From a virus (taxonomy: Duplodnaviria > Caudoviricetes): a stretch of 28,709 bases of DNA. A program made the translations under genes and the position numbers. Shown in pieces: positions 27,491-28,709 of this stretch. The notes beneath the pieces are model-generated. The model saw only the letters and a list, made by a program, of their open reading frames with translations. It searched no databases and was not told the origin of the DNA. The stretch spans positions 1 through 28,709 of IMG/VR virus record IMGVR_UViG_3300023283_000003; one strand, written 5' to 3'. Numbering within the stretch: the first letter of the stretch is position 1; each line of letters begins with the position of its first letter.

Positions 27491-28548
27491 TAGGCAGTCC
27501 TAGTGAATCTTACCTTGGCAGCGTTGAACTCGACAGGCGTCCAAGGCACGCCAAGACGAGGGTTAATTTCAAACATGTCCTGCCAATAGGCATAAGAAGT
27601 GGTTATTGGCCGATCAACACCGTTAGCCAAGGAGCCTTGATTCTCAAGAGATACCTGAATATTGGCTTCACCGCTTTCCAGTTTCTTCATTCTCGTATAG
27701 GTTTGAACACCAGCAATCGAACTGAGGCTTTCGGGCACATCTTCAAGATCAAACTGACCGGCGTCACCAACGTTCGGATCAAAATCAATGAAGCTGGTGT
27801 CATCGTTCGGGTCTTCTTCGGCAATAGTATCAAACCCATCACCACCTGTGGAAGTATAGTCTGCAAATGATGGGTCGTTGGCATTTGGGAAGATTGTCAA
27901 AACCCGCCTATCTCCCAGCCAATCGTTGTTCAGGCTACCACTCGTATCCCAAGCGAACATATCATCTGCCCACATAGGTCTTTCTCCACCTCCAAAAACG
28001 AAGAACCTGGGGCCTAACATGATCTGTGCAATGCCTCCTGAACTATTGTAAGTGATTCCAGTGAGGTTTATTACAGTTACACCATTTAACCGAAGTTCAA
28101 TACTTCCAGAAATATCAAACTTAGCTTCCAAATGGTTCCAAGTTTGTGTCAAAATCAGCGGCTCGTCAGTCGTAAATATGCTGTTTTCGTCAATATCTCC
28201 TTGATGAACAGTAATGCGGCCAGTTGTGTCCATTCCAATAGAAAGAAGGGCCTCGTTAATGTTATTTCGCACAGACATGATAGTCTGTGAGTTTGGCGTC
28301 GTAGGCAGTCCGTCCATCCACAACGCATAGCCCCAACCAAGAATTGACTTTGTAGCGCCGGGGAGGACACGACGTGCGCCGTCACCTGTACCAGAACCCG
28401 TGGTCAGCAAACTCCTGATGCCAGTCCTTGCTTTGGAGTTATCTATTGTGGCACTACTCATCTGCGCCCACACGCCGTTTAGCATGTTATCCCGTCCTGT
28501 GTCACCGGGTCCGTAATGGTCAAATCCATCCATGAATAGCAAGGCCAT
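27490..28548 (-). CDS. putative receptor-binding / virion protein with concanavalin A/LamG-like domain
   Basis: MALLFMDGFD N-terminus; WNHLExK...ELRLNG; TAAGGAG SD. Confidence 0.7.
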   Translation of the reverse strand: MALLFMDGFDHYGPGDTGRDNMLNGVWAQMSSATIDNSKARTGIRSLLTTGSGTGDGARRVLPGATKSILGWGYALWMDGLPTTPNSQTIMSVRNNINEALLSIGMDTTGRITVHQGDIDENSIFTTDEPLILTQTWNHLEAKFDISGSIELRLNGVTVINLTGITYNSSGGIAQIMLGPRFFVFGGGERPMWADDMFAWDTSGSLNNDWLGDRRVLTIFPNANDPSFADYTSTGGDGFDTIAEEDPNDDTSFIDFDPNVGDAGQFDLEDVPESLSSIAGVQTYTRMKKLESGEANIQVSLENQGSLANGVDRPITTSYAYWQDMFEINPRLGVPWTPVEFNAAKVRFTRTA

Positions 28549-28558
28549 GTGTATCTCC

Positions 28559-28708
28559 TTAGTTGTTCAGTAGTTCTTGAATCTTGGACAACGGTACGGC
28601 AGAGAAAGGTTCTTCACTCACCTGCACGTTCTTTACACGCTGTCCACGAAGGTTGATTGGGCCTTGCAGGTTGAACAGGCTCTCACCTTGCTCATCTGTG
28701 AAATTGCC
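28559..28708 (-). CDS. 3' end of a gene not in the ORF track, ending in a fibre neck-like motif
   Basis: Manual translation GNFTDEQGESLFNLQGPINLRGQRVKNVQVSEEPFSAVPLSKIQELLNN*; its TAA is part of the next gene's TAAGGAG SD. Confidence 0.75.
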   Translation of the reverse strand, partial: GNFTDEQGESLFNLQGPINLRGQRVKNVQVSEEPFSAVPLSKIQELLNN

Positions 28709-28709
28709 A

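Noticed and set aside
1-28709. CRISPR array, DGR template/variable repeats, integrase/att, repeated phage promoters
   Set aside because: No regular DNA repeats, reverse transcriptase or recombinase seen by eye; a self dot-plot would be needed to exclude short or diverged repeats.

Overview
A dense, almost gap-free segment of a tailed phage genome with podovirus-type organisation and two convergent arms. The layout resembles VpV262/SIO1/Zobellviridae-like phages; this is judged from gene content, not a search. The + arm (1-7005) covers nucleotide and DNA metabolism: ThyX (5'-truncated by the window), 5'-3' exonuclease, HNH nuclease, three small unknowns, a DEDD-type exonuclease with Zn ribbon, a class II (B12-type) ribonucleotide reductase interrupted by a 313-aa Gln-terminal LAGLIDADG intein, a stand-alone STAS-like protein and a dATP/dGTP diphosphohydrolase-like protein. 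The - arm (28709-7002) covers morphogenesis: fibre/receptor-binding module, TerS, TerL, portal, scaffold, major capsid, decoration, head fibre, tail tubular A/B, GNAT-like protein, three internal (ejection) proteins and a GH108 muramidase with an N-terminal extension. The most notable observations are (i) a 94-nt structured intergenic element at 19695-19788 with switch-like alternative pairings and an exact copy of the 16S anti-Shine-Dalgarno sequence, (ii) three neighbouring genes sharing one C-terminal fibre-neck motif, one of which also has three 17-aa RxTQ repeats, suggesting a heterotrimeric fibre adaptor, and (iii) the atypical intein. All family calls are from motif recognition by eye; no searches or folding were run.
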